Source: a virus
Taxonomy: Duplodnaviria; Heunggongvirae; Uroviricota; Caudoviricetes; Schitoviridae
Reading direction: 5' to 3' (one strand)
Virus record (IMG/VR): IMGVR_UViG_2595698411_000001
Location: 37,241-101,240 of that record
DNA length: 64,000 nucleotides
Shown here: piece by piece, positions 1 to 7,896 of the stretch
How the letters are laid out: each line of letters opens with the position of its first letter
How positions within the stretch are numbered: position 1 is the first letter of the stretch
The notes under the pieces: generated by a model
The model's database searches: none
What the model was told of the DNA's origin: nothing
The model's input: the letters and a program-made list of their open reading frames with translations, nothing else
Program-made: the position numbers and the translations under genes

Positions 1-1
1 A

Positions 2-137
2 GCACTGAAAGGCTTGACCAGTGTGTTTACGCCATTCTTACCTCTTGACAACGCGTCTAAAGCTCTTGTGCCGGCAGAAGCATTGTTGCGTATTAACGAG
101 CTCAAGTCGCCTAAGAAAGGCAAAAAGAAAGCGTAAG
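2..137 (+). CDS. 3' end of an upstream gene (partial, C-terminal Lys-rich tail)
   Basis: Open frame from the window edge to TAA at 135-137. Translation is ...ELKSPKKGKKKA*. Confidence 0.3.
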
Positions 138-219
138 CTATGCGCAATCGTGAACTAGTGAGATTGGTTGTGCTAGGCATTATCGCCTGCACAATCTTAA
201 CAATATTAGGATACTAAAC

Positions 220-597
220 ATGGCAATAGCATCTTACGACGCAATAAAAATGTCTCTTGAAATTGAGAACGCAGCTAGGGAAGAACTTAGAAAGCAGCGT
301 AGCTACACGCTTTACTTCTTCGCCAAAGCGATAGCAGACAAAGAAGCTACTGTCATGTACCAATCTAAAGGTATTGGTATCCTTGGAGCGAAACTGGTGT
401 GGAAGGACGGCACGACTATGCTGATCGACCACAAAACTTACAAAGCCCTGTTTAAAGACAAGATGATAGGGCTGATGGGGCTTACTTTAAGACATCGAGA
501 ACTGAAGCTGTGGAATACCCAAGATTTGCCTTGGAAACCGGCTTCAGACCGACTAACTGTTGAACAAAAACTATTGGAGATACCAAACGGATCGTAA
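220..597 (+). CDS. hypothetical early protein
   Basis: 125-aa ORF with ATG start, co-oriented in a gene-dense array. Confidence 0.5.
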   Translation: MAIASYDAIKMSLEIENAAREELRKQRSYTLYFFAKAIADKEATVMYQSKGIGILGAKLVWKDGTTMLIDHKTYKALFKDKMIGLMGLTLRHRELKLWNTQDLPWKPASDRLTVEQKLLEIPNGS

Positions 598-853
598 CTC
601 AGAAATATTAAGACTACTAAGACGTGTAGACGCTCAGAAGAACTACCTTGTTAACCTAAAGCGTAATCCTTTAACTCGAAGCGAGCCTGTTGCGTGTAAG
701 CACGACTGTGACATGGCCTACATGAAGGAATTTGAAGACCTTAAGCGAAACTTTGTCGATGCTTGCACAGCTATCGTTAAAAAGCAACTAGCGGAAGACG
801 AGAAAAAGCTCGAAGCTATTAACGTTCTTTTGTCAGACAATCCAGACGTCTGA
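560..853 (+). CDS. hypothetical early protein (start uncertain)
   Basis: 97-aa ORF that overlaps the end of the previous ORF. Confidence 0.4.
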   Translation: MNKNYWRYQTDRNSEILRLLRRVDAQKNYLVNLKRNPLTRSEPVACKHDCDMAYMKEFEDLKRNFVDACTAIVKKQLAEDEKKLEAINVLLSDNPDV

Positions 854-994
854 CCTGCATCAAAATAACGTTGGCATAGTGCATGCTATCCTTTAAGTGA
901 GGTCTGGCTTAAACGTATAATAAAGACACTAAAGTATAAGTTACAGCTTATGAATTTAAGTAGATACTTGGCTTTAACATCTAAATAAATACGT

Positions 995-1023
995 TTGCCA
1001 AACAAATCTAAACAGACTAATAT
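995..1023 (+). promoter_or_regulatory. sigma70-like promoter (TTGCCA, 17-nt spacer, TAATAT)
   Basis: -35 TTGCCA at 995-1000 and -10 TAATAT at 1018-1023 with a 17-nt spacer, in a 285-nt AT-rich intergenic region upstream of ORF 1137. Confidence 0.35.
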
Positions 1024-1136
1024 TTGTACAGACCTCAACTTTGAGTGATACACCGTTAGTCTTATAAGAACTGGGCAGATTGTTAATGGTTATCAATGAC
1101 TTACAACAAGTAATGCTATTTGCTATAGGATAAACA

Positions 1137-1436
1137 ATGAAACAACCAATGTTTGTATGCATAGGCGGTGAAATAAAAAGTAGTGACGGCACCCAACGTT
1201 ATGTTGAGCCTGAGCGCTTGTCGGCACTATACAACGTCAAGCAAGAAAATTGTGTCTTCGTGGAAAACGAGGAAGAATACCAAAAGCACTATGCTCATAT
1301 GCATCTGGTGCCGTTAAGAGCCAGTACTTCTAACAATTACAGTACTGACGACTCCTTTACTTCACTTGTTCATCAAATCGACACGATGAACACAGTCCTC
1401 CAAGAAACCAAAGGCTTGCTTGCCAAGCTAGGTTAA
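1137..1436 (+). CDS. hypothetical protein
   Basis: 99-aa ORF. Confidence 0.5.
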   Translation: MKQPMFVCIGGEIKSSDGTQRYVEPERLSALYNVKQENCVFVENEEEYQKHYAHMHLVPLRASTSNNYSTDDSFTSLVHQIDTMNTVLQETKGLLAKLG

Positions 1437-1514
1437 AACCCTTTTAACACAAACTTATGCTGGTCATGAAAGTGACCGGCAGCTTTTGCGTATCTGAAAC
1501 AAAATAGGATCAAC

Positions 1515-1874
1515 ATGAAAAACTTACTTATGGCTGTAGCCCTTACAGCAGGATTAACTGTGCCTGCAGCAGCAGAAGAAGAGACTACCTTTATGGCGCC
1601 TTTAGGACTTGAATCTTGCGCTTATGTAAAGAACAAATCAAAGGAACTAGGGGAAGTATACCGCTTAGGGACTGAGATCTTTGCAATAGGCTATCTTAAC
1701 GCAGTATCAATTATGCTTTATGCCGACAAAGGCTCAGTAAACCACGTACCTGAAGGCGACAATACAGCTAACGTGTATCTAGCAGCTATAAAACTCTATT
1801 GCGAAAGAAACCCTAGTGCTTCTTATATAGAGGCAGTAGCAAACAGCTTAGACGCTGTCAGTGTGAGCAAGTAG
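1515..1874 (+). CDS. secreted protein (N-terminal signal peptide)
   Basis: N-terminus MKNLLMAVALTAGLTVPAAA is a typical Sec signal peptide; 119 aa. Confidence 0.55.
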   Translation: MKNLLMAVALTAGLTVPAAAEEETTFMAPLGLESCAYVKNKSKELGEVYRLGTEIFAIGYLNAVSIMLYADKGSVNHVPEGDNTANVYLAAIKLYCERNPSASYIEAVANSLDAVSVSK

Positions 1875-2031
1875 GTATGGAGCATTTGCTACTACTTTTA
1901 ATCATAGCTGCAGTATCGTATGTCTGCTTTATGGCAGGCTTAACCGTAACTAGGGCCTTACTAGATGTAATCCATGCCCTAATCAAATCAATCAAACATC
2001 GTAAATTCAACAAATAGTAGGAATCAACAAA

Positions 2032-2682
2032 ATGACTAAAATCGAACAACTTAAAGCACAAGTTAAAGCAATCGCAGAAGCAAACGCAGCTAAAATTCAA
2101 GAAGCTGCAGAAGTAGCGCGTCTAGAAGCGACTATCAAGCTAGAAAGCAGCCCAGAGCTTATGCAAGCTAAGGTACGTCTGATGAGCTCTCAGCAGCAGA
2201 CAGAGAAGCTTCAGCAACTAGTCAATGAATGTGAGCAAATCGTAGCTAGCGTGCCTGTATTCAACTCTAAGACGCGTCAAAACCGTGTATGGGCTGGTGG
2301 CCACCGTTATGGCTTCGGTACTCAGGTTGATCTGATGTATCAACTAGCGACAGGTATCCTGTATGCGTGCCAGGAACACAAACAACTGTTAGTGGCGCAT
2401 ACCGGGCTTAACACTGAACTCCTAGAGCAAATTGTGACAGCATTCGGTACGCCAACTTACTACAACCGCAACTATCATACGATTGTGGAGCCAAAAACAT
2501 ACGACTTGGAAACCCTAAAGTCTGCCTTGGCTGTGATGCAATCTGACCTTGGTGTGGTAGTAGACATATCTCAAATCACTAACACTCATCTAGAAGCAGA
2601 GTTCGCTCGTGCTGAGGTAACCGCGCAGAACAACTTTGAACTAGCGAAAGAAGCGATAGCAGAAGCGGACTTCAAACTATAG
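2032..2682 (+). CDS. hypothetical protein (coiled-coil N-terminus)
   Basis: 216-aa ORF with an Ala/Glu-rich helical N-terminus. Confidence 0.55.
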   Translation: MTKIEQLKAQVKAIAEANAAKIQEAAEVARLEATIKLESSPELMQAKVRLMSSQQQTEKLQQLVNECEQIVASVPVFNSKTRQNRVWAGGHRYGFGTQVDLMYQLATGILYACQEHKQLLVAHTGLNTELLEQIVTAFGTPTYYNRNYHTIVEPKTYDLETLKSALAVMQSDLGVVVDISQITNTHLEAEFARAEVTAQNNFELAKEAIAEADFKL

Positions 2683-2727
2683 GTGTAACGACAGGGCGGC
2701 TTAGGCTGCCCTATCCAAGGAGACAAC

Positions 2728-2952
2728 ATGAAAGTTTTAGTAACACTGCTATCCCTAGCTCTGTTAGCGGCTTGCACTCCTCGTACTGGCCTGAATAAAG
2801 CCAAAGGAGAGTACCTGTGCCGTAACAACGGAGGAATATATTTCTTTTACAGCTTTAGCGAATACCCGGTTGTGTGTAACGACGGTACAGCATTTACCAT
2901 CAAGCAGCTAGAAACCATCATTATTAAAGATCCAGAGTATTTACCGGAGTAA
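2728..2952 (+). CDS. putative lipoprotein
   Basis: N-terminus MKVLVTLLSLALLAAC carries a lipobox LAAC; 74 aa. Confidence 0.5.
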   Translation: MKVLVTLLSLALLAACTPRTGLNKAKGEYLCRNNGGIYFFYSFSEYPVVCNDGTAFTIKQLETIIIKDPEYLPE

Positions 2953-2956
2953 AGCA

Positions 2957-3208
2957 ATGCTTAATTACGAAGCGAAAGAACTGATAGGCCAAACCGTTTA
3001 CCTTATCTCAGTTCAGTACATGGAAAACTACGGCAGTAGGTGGAAGTTCAAGCTGGGGGACACTCACGTTATCCCTGCAAGCGAAAAAACCCCAGAGACA
3101 ATGATAGCAGCCGTTGACTCTCTGGACTTGATTAACAACTCACAAGCGAGAGAAGTAATAATTTCAGTACAGTTTAAAGTACTGACAGCCGAAGACTGCG
3201 AATATTAA
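2957..3208 (+). CDS. hypothetical protein
   Basis: 83-aa ORF. Confidence 0.45.
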   Translation: MLNYEAKELIGQTVYLISVQYMENYGSRWKFKLGDTHVIPASEKTPETMIAAVDSLDLINNSQAREVIISVQFKVLTAEDCEY

Positions 3209-3231
3209 TAACGTTTTAAGCGGAGGTCACC

Positions 3232-3975
3232 ATGCGTGATGCAATACTTGAAGGTAACTTGCCTTTTCCAGGTACAGCCTTGTTCTCACTATACCCTCAA
3301 CAGAAAGATGACATAGAGCGCTTTTGGAAAGCAATCTGGCTCAACTTTCTGAATGACAGTGATACTAACGGTGTCTATTGGTACTCAGAACTAGGCTCTA
3401 AGCTTTACAACGAAGTAGTACGGCGCTTATCGCACCACGGCTGGGTAACTAGTCATGCGATTACAGCACGACGTTGGGCATGCGTTGAGCTGAATGAAGA
3501 AAAGCTCTTTGAGTTCATAACTCCTGACGAACTGTTGGATGTTAAGACAGAAAACAAGTACCAGAAGTATGTGCTTGAACTCAGAGAAGCAACAGCTTCA
3601 ACCCTTGTAAGACAGAACGGCGAAACTAAGCGCACAGGCCTTGTTAGAAAAGGCTTTCGTGACTCAGGCAATACTCAGTTTGGGTACGACATGGACGCAC
3701 TTCATCAATATGAGGAAGCAGTTAAGCTGAACCTAACTAAATCAATGGACAAGATCCGACAGGACTATCCAGAGATGAAGACAACTAGCGACTCTTATGA
3801 CAACGTCAGTGTAGGTATTTATGACTGGCACTACGAAAATAAGAACGAAGTGTTTACGACAGGCAATAACATCAATGATAGCCGAGGCAGGGCTATCAGT
3901 AGTTGCCTAAAGAAAGTGGCCAACCCTATTAGCAGTAAAGATTTCAGGGCAGCCCTAGTAATAACTTACGATTAA
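3232..3975 (+). CDS. T7-like phage RNA polymerase (N4 RNAPII-type), N-terminal piece carrying motif T (DxxGR)
   Basis: ...YDWHYENKNEVFTTGNNINDSRGRAISS aligns to T7 RNAP FPYNMDWRGRVYAVS (DxxGR). The ORF ends 26 aa after the motif. The next RNAP piece continues the T7 alignment with no residues missing. Confidence 0.6.
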   Translation: MRDAILEGNLPFPGTALFSLYPQQKDDIERFWKAIWLNFLNDSDTNGVYWYSELGSKLYNEVVRRLSHHGWVTSHAITARRWACVELNEEKLFEFITPDELLDVKTENKYQKYVLELREATASTLVRQNGETKRTGLVRKGFRDSGNTQFGYDMDALHQYEEAVKLNLTKSMDKIRQDYPEMKTTSDSYDNVSVGIYDWHYENKNEVFTTGNNINDSRGRAISSCLKKVANPISSKDFRAALVITYD

Positions 3976-3989
3976 TCGGAGACAAAGAC

Positions 3990-4244
3990 ATGCAATTCAA
4001 CAAAACAGAATTTGAGCAACAACAAGCGCAAGTAAGTGCAGAACTGGCGCAGATGGACGTGGACTTTGAGCGCAAAGTTCAGCGCGAGTACGGAATGACG
4101 GCGGAGCAATTGTCAGAAGTAAACAAAGAGTTCCTTGCCGAGGTTAAAGAACAAATGCATCAAGAGCGTAAAGAAGCTGAAGCGCGTTATCGCAACAATA
4201 TTATTGACGACCCTATCGCAATGTTTGTGCACGGATACGCTTAA
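3990..4244 (+). CDS. hypothetical 84-aa protein inserted between RNAPII pieces
   Basis: ORF with ATG start, followed by the stable hairpin GCCCGtcgaaagGCGGGC at about 4250-4270. Confidence 0.45.
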   Translation: MQFNKTEFEQQQAQVSAELAQMDVDFERKVQREYGMTAEQLSEVNKEFLAEVKEQMHQERKEAEARYRNNIIDDPIAMFVHGYA

Positions 4245-4301
4245 TACCTCAGCCCGTCGAAAGGCGGGCAACCTCTTTATCAACAAAATTAGGATTTCAT
4301 C

Positions 4302-5132
4302 ATGCTAGCAGAATGTAACGCAGTATTCTTATTCATCGCAGAACTAACAGGCAGCTTTCAGCCAGGTTCAGGTACAGAACAAGACAAGATTGAGTGCGGT
4401 AAGCAAGACTACATCAGAAACTTCCAGCTAGATCTCAACCTTCATGACGAAGACGACAGAAAAGATATGCACGAAAATGTGTGGCTATCAAGACTGTACC
4501 GAGAACTAGACACTTATTTCAACGTGCCTTCAGACAAAACCGCTAGAGCCTTGGCAGTAGACCCTGAGAGCAATCGCTACAGGTACTCAACGTTCCAGTG
4601 GCAAGTACCTATTGAACTAGATGCAAGTGCATCGATGCTTCAGTACGAAGGCTTACTTACTGGCGACAAACGACTGTTAGAAATGACAAACGTTATCGGT
4701 GACACCCTACAAGACCCTTGGAAACTAGAGGGAATGTCACGCCAAATGCTAAAGAAAGCGGCAACTCCAATGCTATACGGTTCTAGCCAAGCATGTCATG
4801 AGTTGTGGCAAGATAACAATATCCCTTATACGACTGATGACATAGCTTTGTACAATAAAGAAATGGCAGAAGGGCCCTTTGGTGTAGCAAACTTACTTAA
4901 AGAGTTCATCATCAATAACGCGGCGCCTAAGTCAGAAATGGAAGTTCATATCTGGGGAGAGAAGTTCAAGATATCGTGTAACCGTTTCCGTAACGTAGGT
5001 GAACAGACTAAAGCGTACAAGATATGGGATACGTTGGATGAGCGTTACAACATCATCCTACATACTGACACTAAGCGTGTGCCTGACCTAGAGCAGTTCA
5101 AACGGTACTTTATGACGTTACTCATTTTCTGA
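4302..5132 (+). CDS. T7-like RNA polymerase II catalytic piece (motifs A and B); 5' exon or N-terminal segment
   Basis: Motif A QVPIELDASASMLQYEGLL matches T7 PLAFDGSCSGIQHFSAML. Motif B RQMLKKAATPMLYGSS is an exact R-x3-K-x7-YG. The ORF reads into the intervening element and stops at 5133. Confidence 0.75.
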   Translation: MLAECNAVFLFIAELTGSFQPGSGTEQDKIECGKQDYIRNFQLDLNLHDEDDRKDMHENVWLSRLYRELDTYFNVPSDKTARALAVDPESNRYRYSTFQWQVPIELDASASMLQYEGLLTGDKRLLEMTNVIGDTLQDPWKLEGMSRQMLKKAATPMLYGSSQACHELWQDNNIPYTTDDIALYNKEMAEGPFGVANLLKEFIINNAAPKSEMEVHIWGEKFKISCNRFRNVGEQTKAYKIWDTLDERYNIILHTDTKRVPDLEQFKRYFMTLLIF

Positions 5133-6285
5133 TTGTGGGTGAGTATAAACATGGTGAATTCGGTGGACGCTAAGGGAGAAATCCTATGCCAATACCGAGC
5201 CAAGCTTAGCTAGGAATAGCTTTGAAGGTGTAGAGACTAGTACGAGAGGCCAGAACGGTCAATAATGTACGTAGGATACTCAAGTGAGATCCGAAGCGCC
5301 ATGCCCTACTTAGGTAGGTGAAGATATAGTCCCATACTCCGTGGAAATGCGGAGACTAGTGTTGATTATCTACATAGTAGAGTCTATAATATGTATTGTT
5401 ATGTATAATAAGGATTCTAATATGAATAGATATTACGTGTACTGGTATAGGCTGATTGAGTTTAATAATCCACATTGTGAAGGATACATAGGTATAACAA
5501 ACAATATGGAGCGTAGACATAAAGAACATTGTAGAAGTAAAGGTACTCACTTTGCTAATGCAATAAGTAAGTATGGGTTAGACAAAATCAGTTATGAGGT
5601 ACTGCATGAAACTGACAGCAGACAGGAAGCTTTAGACCTAGAAGCTTATTACCGTCCAGACGTAGGATTAGGATGGAATACTGCAAAAGGCGGTGAAGAT
5701 ACCTTAGCGTCAGTAAAATGTAGGAAAGTAAAGCTATACCATAAAGACAATCCTGAAAAACTTAGATGTTTTGATTCTATAGATCAAGCTTCTAAAGAAC
5801 TAGGGATTACCGCTTCAAGAATAGCTCAAGCATTATGCCGTAATACTAAGTATTATGGGTTTGATGGGTGGGCTGTATTGATAGATGAGAGTACAGAAAG
5901 AGGTAAGACTCTAAGTATTCAGGAAGTAATATCTATCAGAGTAAGTGGCGCTAAACGTAATAAACCAAGCCATTTTAAAGGTATGACTAATCGCTGGTCC
6001 GAAGAGGATAAAAAGCGAATTAGTGATCAACATAGAGGTAAGGTTATCTCAGATGAGCAAAAAGAAGTAGTAAGAAACAAGAATAGAGCTGCCCATAGTT
6101 CTTGTAAATCTATAACTTTAGTTCATCAGGATAATCCTGAAGTTGAGCATACTTACCATAGCATAGCAGAAGCCTCTAGGGAATTAAGTATACCTTTGAG
6201 TAGACTTAAGTCTAAAGCACAGAGAAAGCTGAATGTGTATGGTAAAGATGGCTGGAAGATAATTAAACTAGGTGCAGAGTAACGT
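5133..6285 (+). mobile_element. intervening element in the RNAPII gene: putative group I intron carrying a GIY-YIG homing endonuclease ORF
   Basis: It separates the motif-B piece from the motif-C piece of one T7-like RNAP. About 290 nt of relatively GC-rich, non-coding-looking sequence (5133-5421) precedes the homing-endonuclease ORF. That ORF is AT-rich with atypical codon usage. The downstream RNAP piece has no ATG. Confidence 0.45.
5422..6282 (+). CDS. GIY-YIG homing endonuclease with NUMOD-like repeats
   Basis: MNRYYVYWYRLIEFNNPHCEGYIGITNNMERRHKEH is a GIY-x10-YIG...R..H..E motif. Repeated Lys/Arg-rich modules follow. An AAGGAT ribosome-binding site precedes ATG 5422. An upstream in-frame ATG at 5341 is also possible. 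Confidence 0.75.
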   Translation: MNRYYVYWYRLIEFNNPHCEGYIGITNNMERRHKEHCRSKGTHFANAISKYGLDKISYEVLHETDSRQEALDLEAYYRPDVGLGWNTAKGGEDTLASVKCRKVKLYHKDNPEKLRCFDSIDQASKELGITASRIAQALCRNTKYYGFDGWAVLIDESTERGKTLSIQEVISIRVSGAKRNKPSHFKGMTNRWSEEDKKRISDQHRGKVISDEQKEVVRNKNRAAHSSCKSITLVHQDNPEVEHTYHSIAEASRELSIPLSRLKSKAQRKLNVYGKDGWKIIKLGAE

Positions 6286-6595
6286 CTGCATTAAGGTAAA
6301 GCACAACCTAGATAGCCAAGTAGCAGATACTGTAATCGGCAAAGTGTACAACAAGTACGGTTGGGGTATCCCTATCCATGATGCGTTTATCATTAGCCCT
6401 GCAGCAGCAGCTGACGCTCGTAAGTGGTATGCAGAAGAATTGACCAAGATCTACGAAGATCGACAGCTAATTCTAAACAACTACTTCAAGAGTATCGGTA
6501 TCACTAGCGCAGCTCAGCAACAGTGGAAAGATCTAGTAAGCAAGATCCACCCGCTTGAAGGCGACATCAACGTAAACCACATGGCACTTAAGTAA
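6272..6595 (+). CDS. T7-like RNA polymerase II C-terminal piece (motif C, catalytic HD); 3' exon or separate subunit
   Basis: KVYNKYGWGIPIHDAFIISP aligns to T7 HEKYGIESFALIHDSFGT (motif C). About 70 aa follow to the C-terminus, as in T7. The listed start is GTG and there is no in-frame ATG, so the true 5' boundary is probably just after the homing-endonuclease stop (6283-6290). Confidence 0.7.
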   Translation: MQSNVCIKVKHNLDSQVADTVIGKVYNKYGWGIPIHDAFIISPAAAADARKWYAEELTKIYEDRQLILNNYFKSIGITSAAQQQWKDLVSKIHPLEGDINVNHMALK

Positions 6596-6652
6596 CAGTA
6601 ATAGGGCAGGCGAAAGCTTGCCCAATTTTTTGACGAGGATAAAACTACGGCA

Positions 6653-7081
6653 ATGACAAGTAAAAAAGCACCTTTACTAAAACAAGTACGACTAATCGTA
6701 GCAGGAGGCAGAGACTTTAACGATGCAACGCTTATGCGTGACTCTATTGAAGAGTTTCTAGCAGAGCTTGACTTCAATGACCTAGAGTTTGTTCTAGGTG
6801 GAGCACCCGGAGCAGACAAGCAAGCGCAAGAACTAGCGGAAGAAGAAGCTTTACCGCACCTAGTTATACCTGCAGCCTGGTACGATATGACTTCACCTTG
6901 TGTACGCAGACAGAACAGCCATGGCGAATACAACGCACTGGCGGGCATGAAGCGTAACATCAAGATGGCAGAAAAAGGTACCCACTTGATAGCCTTCTGG
7001 GATGGCAAGTCCAAAGGAACCAAAGACATGATCGACCAAGCCAAGAAGCGTAACTTGGTGGTGAAAATCATCAACTACTAA
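6653..7081 (+). CDS. SLOG/DprA-like Rossmann-fold protein (YpsA/DUF2493-like)
   Basis: VRLIVAGGRDFND...FVLGGAPGADKQAQELA...HLVIP resembles the GGxxGxD nucleotide-binding signature of DprA/LOG/SLOG proteins; 142 aa. Confidence 0.4.
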   Translation: MTSKKAPLLKQVRLIVAGGRDFNDATLMRDSIEEFLAELDFNDLEFVLGGAPGADKQAQELAEEEALPHLVIPAAWYDMTSPCVRRQNSHGEYNALAGMKRNIKMAEKGTHLIAFWDGKSKGTKDMIDQAKKRNLVVKIINY

Positions 7082-7087
7082 AAAAAT

Positions 7088-7121
7088 AAACCAATACTAT
7101 TAAGTATTGGTTTATTTTTTT
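7088..7121 (+). terminator. rho-independent terminator (11-bp stem, ATTA loop, T8 run)
   Basis: AAACCAATACT-atta-AGTATTGGTTT followed by ATTTTTTT. An A-run on the 5' side suggests it may work in both directions. Confidence 0.75.
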
Positions 7122-7127
7122 CTTCCT

Positions 7128-7357
7128 CTACTAAAATGGCGGAAATTATTGTTTTTTAATAATTTTTTAAGTAAAAAAAGATAACCTCAAAAGATAAAAG
7201 ATGAATTTTTCACCCTAACCTAGGAGGATATTATGTTTTCTCAGCTGTAATGGCTGAATACCTTAATCTGTATGCTCTAACGACATACCTTTATTTTTTA
7301 ATAAGATAGAATAAAAAATGAACAGTCTGTTTTTACACATTCTGTTCTTTTTTATTT
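7128..7357 (+). promoter_or_regulatory. AT-rich intergenic region, candidate promoter cluster (early/middle switch)
   Basis: About 230 nt at over 75% AT with no ORF. It lies between a strong terminator and the next co-oriented gene block. Confidence 0.3.
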
Positions 7358-7885
7358 TTGTTTTTTAAAAGCGCGACCAATCAACAAAAGGTATTTATTG
7401 TGCAAACTCAAAAACAACTTCGCCTAAAGCGTTACAACGACATTATTGCCAAAAACAAAAAGCTTTTTGCTGCAGGCTCTACACTAACTAGAGACAAATT
7501 TGTTTCTCTTTTCGCTGTTCCTGACGTGGTTACTGCCGGTAATTACGTAGATGTACAACGTTCTAATCTGCGCCTTGTTACTGCTCAGACCGAAATTAAC
7601 ATGCTTATGAGAGAGAATGGTTTGTATATCCGATCTAAGGACTACTATTCCTCTTTTCATGTTGTCGAGAAAAAGCAGACTAAAAATGTTATTGCTCGGT
7701 ACAGCTCTGAAGTTGATGTTAACCGACATTGTGTAAGCCGTTTAGAAATGAGCTTTGCAAACAAAGTCAAAAGCAACAACTGGGGTCAATATGACCAGCT
7801 AACCGAACAACAAATCCTAAACCTTGATACAGCCTTTGTATCGCGTCGTCACGAAAGTGTTATTAAACGCTTGCAATCGTATTAA
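7358..7885 (+). CDS. hypothetical protein
   Basis: 175-aa ORF. Confidence 0.5.
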   Translation: MFFKSATNQQKVFIVQTQKQLRLKRYNDIIAKNKKLFAAGSTLTRDKFVSLFAVPDVVTAGNYVDVQRSNLRLVTAQTEINMLMRENGLYIRSKDYYSSFHVVEKKQTKNVIARYSSEVDVNRHCVSRLEMSFANKVKSNNWGQYDQLTEQQILNLDTAFVSRRHESVIKRLQSY

Positions 7886-7896
7886 TAGGAAGTGTT

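Noticed and set aside
6514-7074. 186-aa - strand ORF.
   Set aside because: It is antisense to the SLOG-like + strand gene. It is Ser/Ala-rich and low-complexity, with no ribosome-binding site, so it is a spurious shadow ORF.
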